Source: the human T2T-CHM13v2.0 reference genome, Homo sapiens
Strand: one strand, 5' to 3'
DNA length: 64,000 nt
NCBI RefSeq assembly: GCF_009914755.1
Contig: NC_060947.1
The notes beneath the pieces are model-generated. The model made no database searches. It had not been told where the DNA came from and saw nothing but the letters and a program-made list of their open reading frames with translations. Positions 1-17,549 of the stretch are shown here, in pieces. The stretch's first letter is position 1. Each line of letters starts with the position of its first letter. The position numbers and the translations under genes were made by a program.

Positions 1-157
1 TTTTTCCTCATATTTATGCCCATTTTTCCAACTGCTTTCTTCACATCTTTACTAACCTCTCGTATACATTAAAATCTTAATAGGTCAAAAATGAAATTTA
101 TCACCTCCTTCATCTCTCTTATTCCAAAAAATAAACAAAAACTTAAATGATGATTGA

Positions 158-508
<351 letters not shown>

Positions 509-511
509 AGG

Positions 512-1845
512 TTTTTTTTTTTTTTTATTGTGAAACATTGTACATGTTTATAGGGTAAAATTTGATGTTTAAATGCATATATATATTGTATAAGGATCAA
601 ATCAAGACAGTTAGCATATCCATCATTTCATGCATTTATCATTTGTGTTGAGAACATTTAAAAAAAACTTTTCTTCTAGCCATTTATTTATTTATGTTTA
701 TTTTAAGTTCTGGGGTACATGTGCAGAATGTGCAGTTTTTTCACATAGGTAAACATGTGCCATGGTGGTTCACTACACGTATAAACCCATCACTGAGGTA
801 TTAAGTCCAGCATGCATTAGCTGCTTTTGCTGATGCTCTCCCTTCCCTTACCCCTCTGAAAGGACCCAGTACGTGTTGTTCCCCTCCCTGTGTCCATGTA
901 TTCTCTTTCTTCAGCTTCCCCTTATAAGTGAGAACATGCAGTGGCTTGGTTTTCTGTTCCTGCGTTAGCCATTTTTAATATACAATGCCTTACTATTAAC
1001 CACAGTCACTTTGCTGTGAAACATAACTTATTCCTCTTATATAATTGTAATTATAATTAAAATTCCTCTTATAATCCCTCTTGTATCATTCCTCTTATAT
1101 AATTTCCTGTGCATATAACTTATTCTTCTCCTATAATTGTAACTTTGTACCCTTCGTTCAACCTTTCCCAATGCTTCCCTTCTTTATCTTTTTCTCAGTC
1201 TCTGGTAACCACTATTCTACTATTTCCATGATGTCAACTTTTTCTCTAGATTTAACATATTGGTGAGATTATGTGGTATTTTTCTTTCTGTGTATGTTTT
1301 ATTTCAGGTAATATTATGTTCTCCAGTTGCATCCAGGTTGCCACAAATAACAGAATTTTATTCCTGTTTATGGTGGAGTAATATTTCATTGTATATACAT
1401 ACCACATTATCTTTACCCATTCATCCATTTTTTGACACTTAGCTGGATTCCATATTTTGGCAGTTGTTAATAGTGCTGCAATAAACATTGGGTTGCAGAT
1501 ATCTCTTCTACATACTAATTTAATATTTTTTGGATATAAACTCAATAATAACATTGTATCTTATGTATAATTAGATGTTATGGTAATTCTACTTTCAATT
1601 ATTAGGAAACCTCCATACAATTCTTCATAATAGCTGTACTAATTTACAGTCCCACGAACAGTGTGTAGGTGTTCTCTTCTGTCCACATTCTTCCCAGCAC
1701 ATGTTTTTTTTTTTTTTGTCTTTTAGATAATAGCCATTATAAATGGAGTGGGGTAGTAGCTTGATTTGCATTTCCCTGATAATTAGTGGTATTGAACATT
1801 TACTTATATAACTGTTAGCCATTTGTATGTCTTTTTTTCAGAAAC
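512..1845 (-). mobile_element. L1MA-type LINE-1 3' end (3' UTR and ORF2 C-terminus), interrupted by an L1PA fragment at 686-965
   Basis: Minus-strand ORFs 1252-1554 and 1625-1822 translate to degenerate ORF2 C-terminal motifs ([22 protein letters not shown]); poly-T at 512-526. Confidence 0.85.
686..965 (-). mobile_element. Short 5'-truncated older L1PA 3' end
   Basis: L1PA 3' UTR (ttttaagttctggggtacatgtgcag...); direct repeat tagccattt at 677-685 and 966-974 (TSD). Confidence 0.85.
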
Positions 1846-1972
1846 TGTAATTTATTTTATTGGTATTACAAAAGTTACCAATGTCTTGGAATTTTATTCT
1901 GTTTCTTTTTTAAAAAATTAAAAATGTTCTATTGATACATAATAATTGTAGATATTTATGGGATACATGTGA

Positions 1973-3725
1973 TTTTTTTTCCTTGGATAGGCAATAGATT
2001 ATCATTTTATTATCTGATACAAATAAATAATAGGAAGTAGGGTGTGGGGAATGGAGTGAATTGACTTCATTGCTTTCTTGAAATCTGATTTTAGGACTTT
2101 TATAATAACCAAAAATAATGCTGTTAATACGTGGTACACTCAGACTGGTAAGCTCTTCTGTCAGATGTATGAGCAAGTCTGTGTGTTCAGATCTAATTAG
2201 ATACTATTTGATACTTTTAACACTATGCAGAGGTTCTAAAAATAAAAATAACATAGAAATCCTACGTTAATCATCAGATCATTTTTTAAATATTTAATTT
2301 AATTTAATTTTAAGTTCCAGGATACATGTGCAAGACCTGCAGGTTGTTACATAGTAAACATGTGCCATGGTGGTTTGCTGCACTTTTCAACCCATCACCT
2401 AGGTATTAAGGCCAGCATGCATTAGCTATTATTTTTTCTGATGCTCTACTTCTCCCGACCCCCAGAGAAGCCCCAGTGTGTGTTGTTCCCCTCACTGTGT
2501 GCATGTGTTCTCGTTGTTCAGCTCCCACATATAAGTGAGAACATGCAGTGTTTGGTTTTCCCGTGTTAGTTTGCTGAAGATAATGGCTTCCAGCTCCATC
2601 CATGTCCCTGCAAATGACGTGATCTTATTTCTTTTTATGGCTGCATAGTATTTGATGGCGTATATGTACCACATTTTCTTTATCCAGTCTATAATTGATG
2701 GACATTTGGGTTGATTCCACATCTCTACTACTGTGAATAGTGCTGCACTGAACATATGTGTGCATGTATCCCTATAATAGAATGGTTTATATTTTTTGGG
2801 TACATACCCACATATAAGATTGCTGGGTCAAATGGTATTTCTGGTTCTAGGTCTTTGAGGAATCATCACACTGTCTTCTACAATGGTTGAACTAATTTAA
2901 TTACCCGACTTCAAACTATACTACAAGGCTAAAGTAACCAAAACATCAGAGTACTGGTACGAAAACAGACACATAGACCAATGGAAAAGAACAGAGATCT
3001 CAGAAATAAGACCATACATCTACAACCATCTGATCTTTGACAAACCTGACAAAAACAAGTAATGGGGAAATTATTCCCTATTTAATAAATGGTGCTGGGA
3101 GAACCGGCTAGCCATAGTTAGAAAATGGAAACTTGACCCCTTCCTTACGCCTTATACAAAAATTAACTAAAGATGGATTAAAGACTTAAATGTAAAACCC
3201 AAAACTATAAAAACCATAGAAGAAAATCTAGGCAATACCATTCACAACATAGGCATGGGCAAAGATTTTATCATGAAAACATCAAAAGCAATTGCAACAA
3301 AAGCAAAAATTGAAAAGTGGGACCTAATTAAACTAACCAGCTTCTGCACAGTGAAAGATACTATAATCAGAGTGAACAGAAAACCTACAAAATGAGGTAA
3401 ACATTTTTGCAATCTATTTATCTGACAAAGGTCTAATATCCAGAATCTACAAGGAACTTAAACAACTTTACAAGAAAAAGAAAACCCATTAAAAAACAGG
3501 CAAAAGACATGAACAGACATTTCTCAAAAGATGACATTTATGTGGCCAGCAAACATATGAAAAAATGCTCAATATCACTGATTATTAGAGAAATGCAAAT
3601 CAAAACCATAATTAAATACCATCTTACACCAGTTAGATGGCACTTAGTAAAAAGTCAAGAAACAGCAGTTGCTGGCAAGGCTGTGGCTAAATAGGAACAC
3701 TTTTACACCGTTGATAGGAATGTAC
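1973..3725 (-). mobile_element. L1PA (PA7/8-like) with 5' inversion and ~310-bp 3' transduction
   Basis: Minus 3' part 2282-2900 and plus-oriented part 2901-3724 are contiguous in L1 coordinates (...ggaatgta | aattagttcaaccattg). Unique DNA 1981-2281 ends in AATAAA (minus, 2006-2011) and poly-T 1973-1980. Confidence 0.8.
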
Positions 3726-4652
3726 ATATTTTGATACATTCAGAAATGTGTAATGATCACATCAGGGTATTTAAGATATTAGTCATCTCAATCATTTATT
3801 ATTTCTTTGTGGAGTGAATATTTTAATTCTCTTGCAGTAATTTTGAAATATACAATAAATAATTATCATAATCAAACTACTGTCATATCAAACACAAAAT
3901 GTATTTCTTCTATCTAACTGCATGTTTATACTTGTTAACCAATCTCTTTATTCTCACTCCCCTCCAAACCTTCTCATTCCGTTAATAATCATTATTATCT
4001 CTACTACCATAAAACCAAATTTCTAAGTTCCCACATATCAATGCAAACATGCAATATTTTTCTGTGTCTGATTTGCTTCACTTAACATAATGACCTCCAA
4101 TTTACATCCATGTTGCTGTAGGGTTTCATACTTTTTAATGTCATAAATAGCATTCCATTGCATATACATATCATATTTTCATTATAGTTCATCCATCAAC
4201 AGACAGCGTGATTCCAGATCTTGACTATTGAAAATAGTGTTGCACTAAAATAGGGATAAAGGTGTCATTTTGATATGCTGATTTCCTTTTCTTTGGATAA
4301 AAACCAGTAATGGGATTGCCAGTTCACATGGTAGTGGTAGTTCTATTTTTAGTTATTTTGTGAAACCTGCATACTGTTTTTCATAATGGCTTTACTAATT
4401 TAAATTCCTATCAACAGTGTATAAGAGTTCCCCTTTCTCCACATCTTGCCAACATTTGTTATTTTTAGTCTTTTTGATAACAGCCATTTTAATGAGAGAT
4501 GATTCATCTTGGTTTTGATTTGCATTTCCCTGATAATAAATTATGTTGAGTATTTTTCAATATACCTGTTGGCCATTTGTATGTTTTCTTTTGAGAAATG
4601 TCTATTCAAATATTTTGCACACTTTTAATGGGAATTATTTTATTTATTACAT

Positions 4653-4684
<32 letters not shown>

Positions 4685-5774
4685 GCTGTTGAGTTGTGTG
4701 AGTTCCTTGTATATTCTAGATATTGGTCCATTGTTAGAAGAGTAAGTTGTAAATATTTTCCCCCATTATGTAGTTTGTCTTTTACTCTGTTAATTGTTTT
4801 ACTCTGTTCTAATTTCTTCTAAAACTAGAAGATTTTTAGTTTAATGTAATCACATTTGTCTATTTTTTGTTTGCCTGTGCTTTGGAAGACTCAGTCACAA
4901 AATCTTTGTCTAGACCAATGTCCTGAGGGTTTCCCCTATTTTCTTTCAGTAGTTTTAGAGGTTCAAGCCTTAGATTTAAGTTTTAATTCATTTTGTGTTG
5001 ATTTCTGTATAGGATGAAAAAAAGGGTCTAGTTTACCTTTTCTGCATGTAAATGGGTAGTTTTCTCAGAACCACTAATTGAAAAGGATGTCCTATTTCCG
5101 ATGTATATTTTTGGCAGTTTTGTCAAAAATCAGTTGGGCTGTAAATATGTGGATTTATTTCTGCGTATTTTATTCTGTTATATTGGTCTATGTGTCTGTA
5201 TTTATATCAATGCCATGCTGTTTTGATTACTATACTTTGTATATAGCTATAGCATACATACTACAATAGCTTTGTAATATATTTTGAAGTCAGGTAATCT
5301 GATGTTCAGGTTTATTTTTGTTTTTTCCCTAGATTTCATTTGCTATTTGGGGTTTTTGGTGGTTTCACATAAATCTTAGGATTCTTTTCCTATTACTGTA
5401 AGTAATTTCTTTCATATTTTTGAAAGTGATGGCATTCAGTCTGTAGATTGCTTGTGTAGTATGATTATTTTTATAATATTGATTCTGACCCATGAACATG
5501 GAATATCTTTCAATTTGTTTGTATCTTCTTCACTGTCTTTTATCAGTGTTTTGTAGTTTTCATTGTACAGGTCTTTCATCTCCTTTATTAAATGTATTAA
5601 TAGGTATTATTATTTTTGTAGATATTGTAAATGGAATTTTCTTGATTTTTCAGCTAGTTCTTTTTCAGTTAGTTAATAATGTATAAAAACGACAGATTTT
5701 TGTTACTGGTGTGTAGAAATGGTACCAATTTTATACATTGATTTAGTATGCTTGTTGTATAAGAATGCTACTGA

Positions 5775-6158
<384 letters not shown>

Positions 6159-7054
6159 TCATACAAGGTATTTTTGGTGGTCTTTAGGTTTTTCTTAATA
6201 TGTAATATCATTTTGTTTGCAAAAAGAGACAGTTTGTTTTTACTTCCATTATAAATGCCTTTGATTTCTTTCTCTTCCCTCATTACTTTGCTTGAGACTT
6301 CCAGTACTATGTTGAATAAAAGTGGTGAAAGTAGGCATTCCTTTCTTGCTTCAGCTCTTAGAGTAAAGGCTTTCAGTTTGTCTCTATTCAGTATGTTACC
6401 TGTGAGTTTATTATTTGAGAACTTTATTATGTTGAGTTTTGTTTTTTTCTATGCCTAATTTGTTAGAAGTTTCTTTTTAATCATGAAGTGATGTTGAATT
6501 GTATCAAATGCTTTCTCTGCATCTACTGAGATAATCATATGTTTGTCTCCTTTATTCTGTTCATATAAAGTATCACATTTACCTGTCTATGTTGAACTCT
6601 TCTTGAATCACTAAGATAAATCCCAGTTGATAATGGTGTATTATCTTTTTGATGTGTTGTTTTATTTGACTGATAGTTTTGAGATTTTTTTCATCTACAT
6701 TCATTGGGTGTATGAAACTGTAGTTTTTGTTGTTGTTGTTGTGTGTATGATTTTGGTTTCAGAATAGTGCTGGTCACATAGAAATGAGTTAAGAAGAATT
6801 CTCTTCTTTTTAATGTTTTGAAACGATTTGAGAAGAACTGGTATTATATCTTGTTTATAAATGTTATGGATTTCATCAGTAAAGCCATCTAATTCTGGGA
6901 TTTTCTTTGTTGGGAAAATTTTTATAGCTAATTCAATTTTTTATTCACTATTGATCTGTTTAGGTTTTCTATTTCTCCTTAGTAGAATCTTGCTAGGTTT
7001 TATGTGGTCAGGAATTCGTCCATTTTTCTAGGTGTTCTACTTTGTTAACATATA

Positions 7055-7677
7055 TTTCTTTTTTGTATAATTTCAATTTTTATTACAGGTTAAAGGGTAC
7101 CTGTGGCAGGTTTGGTAAATGGGTATATTACATGATGCTGAGGTCTTGGGTCTCAATTATTCCATAACTCAGGCAGTAAGCTTAGTATCCAGTAGATCAT
7201 TCTTCAACCCATGACCCCCTTTCTCCCTTCTTCATATAGTTTTTTTCAGTGTCTCTTGTTCTTAACTTTACATTCATGTGCATTCAGTGTTTAGCTCCCA
7301 CTTATAAGTTAGAACATGCAGTATTTGCTTTTCTGGTCTTGTTTAGTTTGCTTAGATTATTGATCTCCAGCTCTATCCATGTTACAGCAAAGGATATGTT
7401 TTTGTTCTATTTTATGGTTTCATAGTATTCTGTGATGTATATGCAGGTTATTGTATTTATCTAATCCACTATTCATGGGCACTTAAGTTGGTTCAATGTA
7501 TTTGCTATTGTGAATAGCATTGCGGTGAACACATGGTGCATGTGTCTTCTTGATAGAATGAATTATTTTACTTTGGGTATATACCCAGTTGTGGGATTGC
7601 TGGGTCAAATGGTAGTTCTAATTTAAGTTCTTTGAGAAATCTCCAAATAACTTTCCTCAGTGCCTGAACTAGTTTGA
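7055..7677 (-). mobile_element. Old L1PA/L1PB 3' end fragment nested in L1MA
   Basis: T-rich tail, then L1P 3' UTR and ORF2 end (gggtatatacccagttgtgggattgctgggtcaaatgg). Confidence 0.8.
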
Positions 7678-8846
7678 AATAACAGTTTCTGATCATTCCT
7701 TAGGTTTCTGTGGTATTAGTTGCATGTTTTCTTCTCCATTTCTGATTTTATTTATTTGGTTCTTTCCTATTTTTTTCTTGGTTAGTCCATATTGAAGTTT
7801 ATTAAATTTATTTATCTTCTCTAATAACCAATTTTAATTTTATTATTCTGCTGTATTGTGTTTTTAGTTTTTGTTTAGTTTTGGTCTGATCTTTATTATT
7901 TTTTTCCACTAATTTGGGGTTTCATTTGTTGTTACATTTCTATTTCCTTGAGATACATTATTAGGTTATTTAAAATCTTTTTACTATTCCATGTAGAAAC
8001 AATTTTTGACATAAACTTTACTCTTAGCATTGATTATTCTCTAACTCATAGTTTTGGTATTTTGTGTCTTCATTTTTATTTGTTTCAAAATTTTTAAATT
8101 TCCTTCTTAACTTTTTAATTGACTCAATAATTGTTTAGGAGGATGTTTAATTTCCATGCATTTGTATGCTTTCCTAATTTCATCCTGTTATTTATTTTTA
8201 GTTTTATTCTACTGTGGTCTAAAAATATAGTTGATATAATTTTCATTTAAAAAATTGTTGAAAATTGTTTTGTGGCATAAGATATGGTTTATTCTGGAGA
8301 ATGATTCACATGCTGATAAGACAAATGTGTATTCTGTGGCTGTTGGGTGAAATATTCTGTTAATGTCTGTTAAGACAACTTGGTCCATAGTACAGATTAA
8401 GTCTAGTGTTCCTTCGTTGAATATTTGTCTACATATTCTGTTCAATACTGAGAGTGGGGTGTTGAAGTTCCCAACTATTGTTGTGTTGGAATCTTTCTCT
8501 CATTTTATTCTATTTTAAAACTTTGTTTAAGTAAAAAGAAACTTCATTCAAAAGGTTTATTTTAAAAAGGGGAGATGAGCTATTGTATTACAGTGATGCA
8601 TAACTAAAGGTAGGTGTACATTCTGAGAAATGCATCATTAGGTGATCTTTTCAGGCAAATATCATAGAGTGTACTTACATAACCCTAGATGTTATAGACT
8701 ACTACATACCTAGTCTATATGATATAGCCTATGGCTCCTAGGCTGCTAACCTGTACAGAGTGTTATGGTACTGAATACTGTGGGAAATTTTAACACAATG
8801 TTATGTTTGTGTCTAAACATATAAAAACACAAAAATTGATAAAGTA

Positions 8847-12197
<3,351 letters not shown>

Positions 12198-12539
12198 TGT
12201 ATTTTTGGTAAAAATAACAGCTAAAGCAATAACTTTGTATGAAAAAAATTTTGTATGGTAAATTTGTGTCCTAAACTAAAAGAACTGTTTTTGCTTTTTT
12301 TTAAAGAACATATAAGACAAAGCAAAATGTCTAAACATGTAACCAATGGTGATACAAGTTGTAATAAAGTTCATTAAAAATGTATTTAAAAAAATAAAAG
12401 AAAAAAATGATACAGTAAACTTTATTGTTATATTATAGAACCATGTTGTATACATGGTCTGTTTTTCACTAAAAGGTCATGTTGATACTTAACTGATAAT
12501 CCATTAACATGTGTTTTGTTTTGTTTTTTACTTTCCTTG

Positions 12540-13720
12540 TTTTAAACTTTTTTTTTTAGGTTCAGGGATACATGTGCAGATTTGTTTTGTTGGTAAATTG
12601 CTTGTCATAGGAGTATGGTTTACAGATTATTTCATCACCCAGATAATAAGCATAATATGTGACAGGTAGTTTTTCACCCTCTTCTTATCCTCCACCCTCA
12701 AGTAGGGTCCAGTGTCTATTGTTCTCTGCTTGGTTGCCCCATGTACACAAAGGTTAACTCCCACTTAAGTGAGAACATGTGATATTTCTTTTTCTGTTCC
12801 TGCATTAGTTCACTTAGAATGTTGCTGCAAATGACATGATCTTGTTTTTTTATGGCTGCATATTATTTCAATGTGTATGTGTACCACATTTCCTTTATCC
12901 AGTCTACATTTGATGGGCATTTAGGGAGATTCCATGTCTTTGGTATTGCAAATAGTGCTGCAGTGAACATAGGTTTGCATGTGTCTATATAGTAGAATAA
13001 TTTACATTCCTTTGGGTATATACACAATAATGGTATTGCTGGATTGAATGGTAGTTCTGTTTTATGTTCTTTGAAAAATCACCAAACTGCTTTCTACCGT
13101 GGCTGAACCAACTTACATTTCCAGAAACAGTGTATTAGCAATCTCTTTTCTCTGCAGCTCACCAGAGTCTGTTATTTTTTTACTTTTAAATAATAGTCAT
13201 TCAGACTTTTGTAAGATGGTATTTATTGTGGTTTAGATGTGCATTTCTCTGAAGATTAGTGATGTTGAGCATTTTTTCACACGCTCATTGGCCATGCATA
13301 TGAATTTTTCTGAGAAGTGTCTCTTCATCTTTTTCCCACATTTTAATGTGGTTGTTGTTTTTTTTCCTGTTAATTTGTTTAAATGTCCTATACATAGTGA
13401 ATATTAGATCTATGTCAGAGTCATAGTTTGAAAACATTTTCTTTCTTTCTGTAGGTTGTCTGTTTACTATGTTGATAGCTTCTTTAGTTTAATCAGGTCC
13501 CATTTGTCCATTTTTGGTTTTGGTTTACTTGCTTTTGTCATCTTCAACATGAAATATTTGCCAGGGGGTCTGTTCAGAGTGATATCTACTAGGTTTTCGC
13601 CTATACGTTTTATAGTTTCAGATTTTATATTCAAGTCTTTAATACATCTTGAGTTGACTTTTGTATATGGTGAAAAGAAGAGTTATAGTTTTGATCTCTG
13701 CATATGGTTTCTGTATGGTT
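12540..13720 (-). mobile_element. L1PA15/16-like 3' fragment
   Basis: 3' UTR (ttcagggatacatgtgcag...cagattatttcatcacccag); probable TSD tctctcatttta (8496-8507) vs tctcccatttta (13725-13736). Confidence 0.8.
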
Positions 13721-15056
13721 TTTGTCTCCCATTTTAAATATAATAGTTTTTGCTTTGCATATCTGAGTGCTGTGATATTGGGATCATAAAAATTTACTAT
13801 TGCTATATCTGCTTACTGAATCGATTGTTTGTCATTATATAATATTATTGTCTCCTTTTACATCATTATGTAATATTCTAGTCTCTTTTTACAGTATTTG
13901 ACTTGTAGTCAATTTTTTTTCTGGTATAAGTATAGCTACTCTTGCATGCTTTTTGTTTTCATTTGCAAGGAATACTTTTTCTATTGCTTCACTTTCATTC
14001 TATGTGTGTCTTTACAGGCAAATAAAGTAAATTTCCTGTAGGCAGCATAAAGGTGGATCATGTTTGTTTAATCCAGTCAGTCAATATATTTTAATTGGGA
14101 AATTCAAACTGTTTACATTCAAGATTATTATTGATAGGTGAGAACTTCTGTCATTTTCTTAATTATTTTCTGATTGATTATTTTGCTTGTCCTTTGTTCC
14201 TTAATTCCCTTTTATTGTTTACATTTACAACTTTGTGCTATTTATTGATAATGTTTGACTTCTTTCTCTTTTTAAATTGTGAATGTGCTCTACTAATGAA
14301 TTTTATAGTTTTGCATAATTTCATTATGCTATATATTATACTTTGATTTTCAGTTATATGACTCCCTTAAGTATTTCTTACAGGGTCAGTCAAGTGGTAA
14401 TGAATTCCCTGTTTTCCTTATCTGGGAAAGACTTTAATTCTTCTTCATTTTTTAAATAATAAGATTTGCAGGGTATAGTATTTTAGGTTGACAGTTTTTT
14501 GTGTTTTCTTTCAGCACTTCTAATCTATCATCTCATTCTCTTTTGGCCTATACAATTTCTGCTGAGAAAAATTTGTTAGTCTGATTGGCGTTTCCTTCTA
14601 TATAACTTGATATTTTACTTTTGTTGTTTTTAAGTTTTTTCTTTGTCTTTGATTTTTCACAATTAGGTTATAATGTGCCTTGAAGGTGACTTTTTGGGTT
14701 GAATCCAATTAATAATCTTTAATTTTTTTGTATCTGGATGTCTCTAACTCTTGCAAGATGATTTTTCTTATCTCTTCTGGAACCATAAAAAATTTAAATT
14801 TTTGTTGCTTTTTGATATCCCATATGCCATGTATGCTTTGTTATTTAATTATTTATTTATTTATTTTCTGTCTGGGTTATTTCAAAGAACTTGTCTTCAC
14901 ATTCAGAAATTCTTTCTTTTGCTTTATTTAGTCCATTATTTAAGCTCTTACCTGCATTTTTTACTTCATTAGTGGAATTGCTGAGTTTTAAGATTTCTGT
15001 CTGTGTCTTATAATAATATCTGTGTATATATTTTTAAAAATTCATTCAGATCATAA

Positions 15057-15436
<380 letters not shown>

Positions 15437-16698
15437 TATTTTGAATGCTTTTAAGGGAATTTATGATTTTTTTCTTTGACATCTGTTACTAGATAATTAT
15501 TGTGTTTCCTTTAATGTGACATGTTTCTTTGATTTTTCGTGTTTCTTGTGTCTTTACCTTGATATCTGTACATATGGTGCAATAGTTGCTTCTTCAATTT
15601 TTGTGAATTTGCTTTTGTAGAGGATAACACTTTTCTATAGATGTATCTGAAGTGTTGTTTGGGTAAGGTGCTTTGGCTTTGATTCTAGGTGGGTATAGTA
15701 ATGTAGTCTCTGTATGATGTCTTCCTGTGTGATCAACATCTCTGGTGTCTAAGAGTTCTGAGTAGCTTAGGTTACGCTTGCTTATTAGTGGAGGCTGTGT
15801 GAAGGTTTAGGTGAGTATGAGGCCACCAGTTTGGCCAGTTCTCAGACAACAGTAGTGATGGCGGTGTTCCAAGTATGTCAACCCTTTGGGCTTGGCTTTT
15901 GTGCATGGCATAAGTGTTCATAGTAGTAGTGCCAGGCCAACCTTCAAGCCTCTTAGTGGCACATACAGACACTAGCAGACATGGTGGGCTGACCTCTAGG
16001 CCTTACTGAGATACACAGTGAAGGTGGTTTCAGTCAAGGTGAGCTTGTCATTTTGCCCTTGAAAGATGAGCACATGAACTGGTGGTGGTTGAGTGAGTGA
16101 GGTCAGTTAATGGAGAAAGCACTTTCCCAGATAGCATGCACAGGAAGCAGCAGTGGGTAGAGTGGGCACATCCTCAATCTCTCAGAGGCTTTAAGGAGTG
16201 CCAGTAGTTGTAGGTGGGACGAGTCAATCACTAAGCCCCAGGAAACATGCACAGGTTTGTCAGTGGTGGCAGTGGGTGGGATAAGCCTGTGTTAAGGCCC
16301 CTGGATGTTGTGCATGGCTTTAAAGTAGGTTAGGTAGGGTAAGTCAATCCCCAGTATCCTGGACAAGGTGTTCACATTGTTTTTTTTCTAGGAGAAGTAG
16401 AAGTATGTGGCCTAAAATATAGATTTTTGGGTGACCATATTTATGTATTAAACACACAAATGTCTCATTCACTTTATTTTACTTTCTTAAATAAGTACCA
16501 TTATAACATTGTTTATCATTACCTGATTTTAGGCTATTTAAAGCTCTCCACACCTGTATCAATATATCTACCTTTCATCATATATGTGTATATTTTCTGA
16601 CCCCTAGACAATACATATTTTATTTCTGAAAGAGTAACTCTGTTTTACACATGATAAAGATAGCACAACTTTTCAACTTATTTCACTATTGCAGAATT

Positions 16699-16702
<4 letters not shown>

Positions 16703-16730
<28 letters not shown>
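16703..16730. repeat. (CA)n microsatellite
   Basis: About 14 AC units read directly. Confidence 0.95.
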
Positions 16731-16735
<5 letters not shown>

Positions 16736-17194
16736 AGTTATTAAATTTCTGTATGCCCAAAACATCATTTTGCAAGATCTTGGACTTCCATTTCAATCTC
16801 TAGTGAAACAAGAAATGATAAAAGGATACACTTGATGAACATTGGCCACCAGAAGACACAATCTCAACTGGAAATCTGTTTGGCTGTCCTCCTCAGATAG
16901 TCATATAACTTATTCCTATAGAATCTTAAGTAGCATCACCTAATGCTGTTTAGTGTCAAGAAAAGGTAAGAATTTTAATGTAGTTAGCGTATAGGTAGTG
17001 AGAAATAAGGTAGCACAAATAGAGGGTTGAAAAGTATACAGAAGTTATATTATGAAAAGCTTTATTGAAAAGTTAGGAAGTTGGTATTACAGCCTGTCGG
17101 CAGAAGAAGAGTCTGAAGATATTCAAACATATTTTTATATAAAAAAGAGGGCAATGACTGTATCCTTATGCTCAATGTTTTATATTCAATATCT

Positions 17195-17265
17195 ATTATA
17201 GTGCCTGGTACATGGTAGAGTCTCATAAATGCTTGCTGAATGAATGAAAATATGAATGAATGAGT
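17195..17265 (+). mobile_element. L2 3' end relic
   Basis: gtgcctggtacatggtagagtctcataaatgcttgctgaatgaatgaa, the typical L2 terminus. Confidence 0.7.
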
Positions 17266-17549
17266 TTAAAAGTGAGTGAGGTTAGAGATTTATGGCTGTT
17301 AGCCATGGTAAGAGAAGATAATTTTTTTCTTCAGAGAAAGAAAGAAACAGAGGGAGACATTAAGTCGAGATACAAAGATAATTTAGGGCAAGAGGAATTT
17401 GAGCGGTGATATTTTTAGTAAGGTAAGACACAAAAGGCACCAATAACTAAAGAATATTCAAATATTTTCTTTGTCATGAAAATTGCATAGAGTCTGTATT
17501 AAGAGCAGCACTAAGTCTTATCAAGCTTTATAATTATTTAAGAGTAAAT

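Noticed and set aside
1029-1143. Repeated ttcctcttata motifs resembling a spaced repeat array
   Set aside because: Irregular short slippage duplications inside an L1MA 3' UTR; no constant repeat-spacer period, and the DNA is mammalian.
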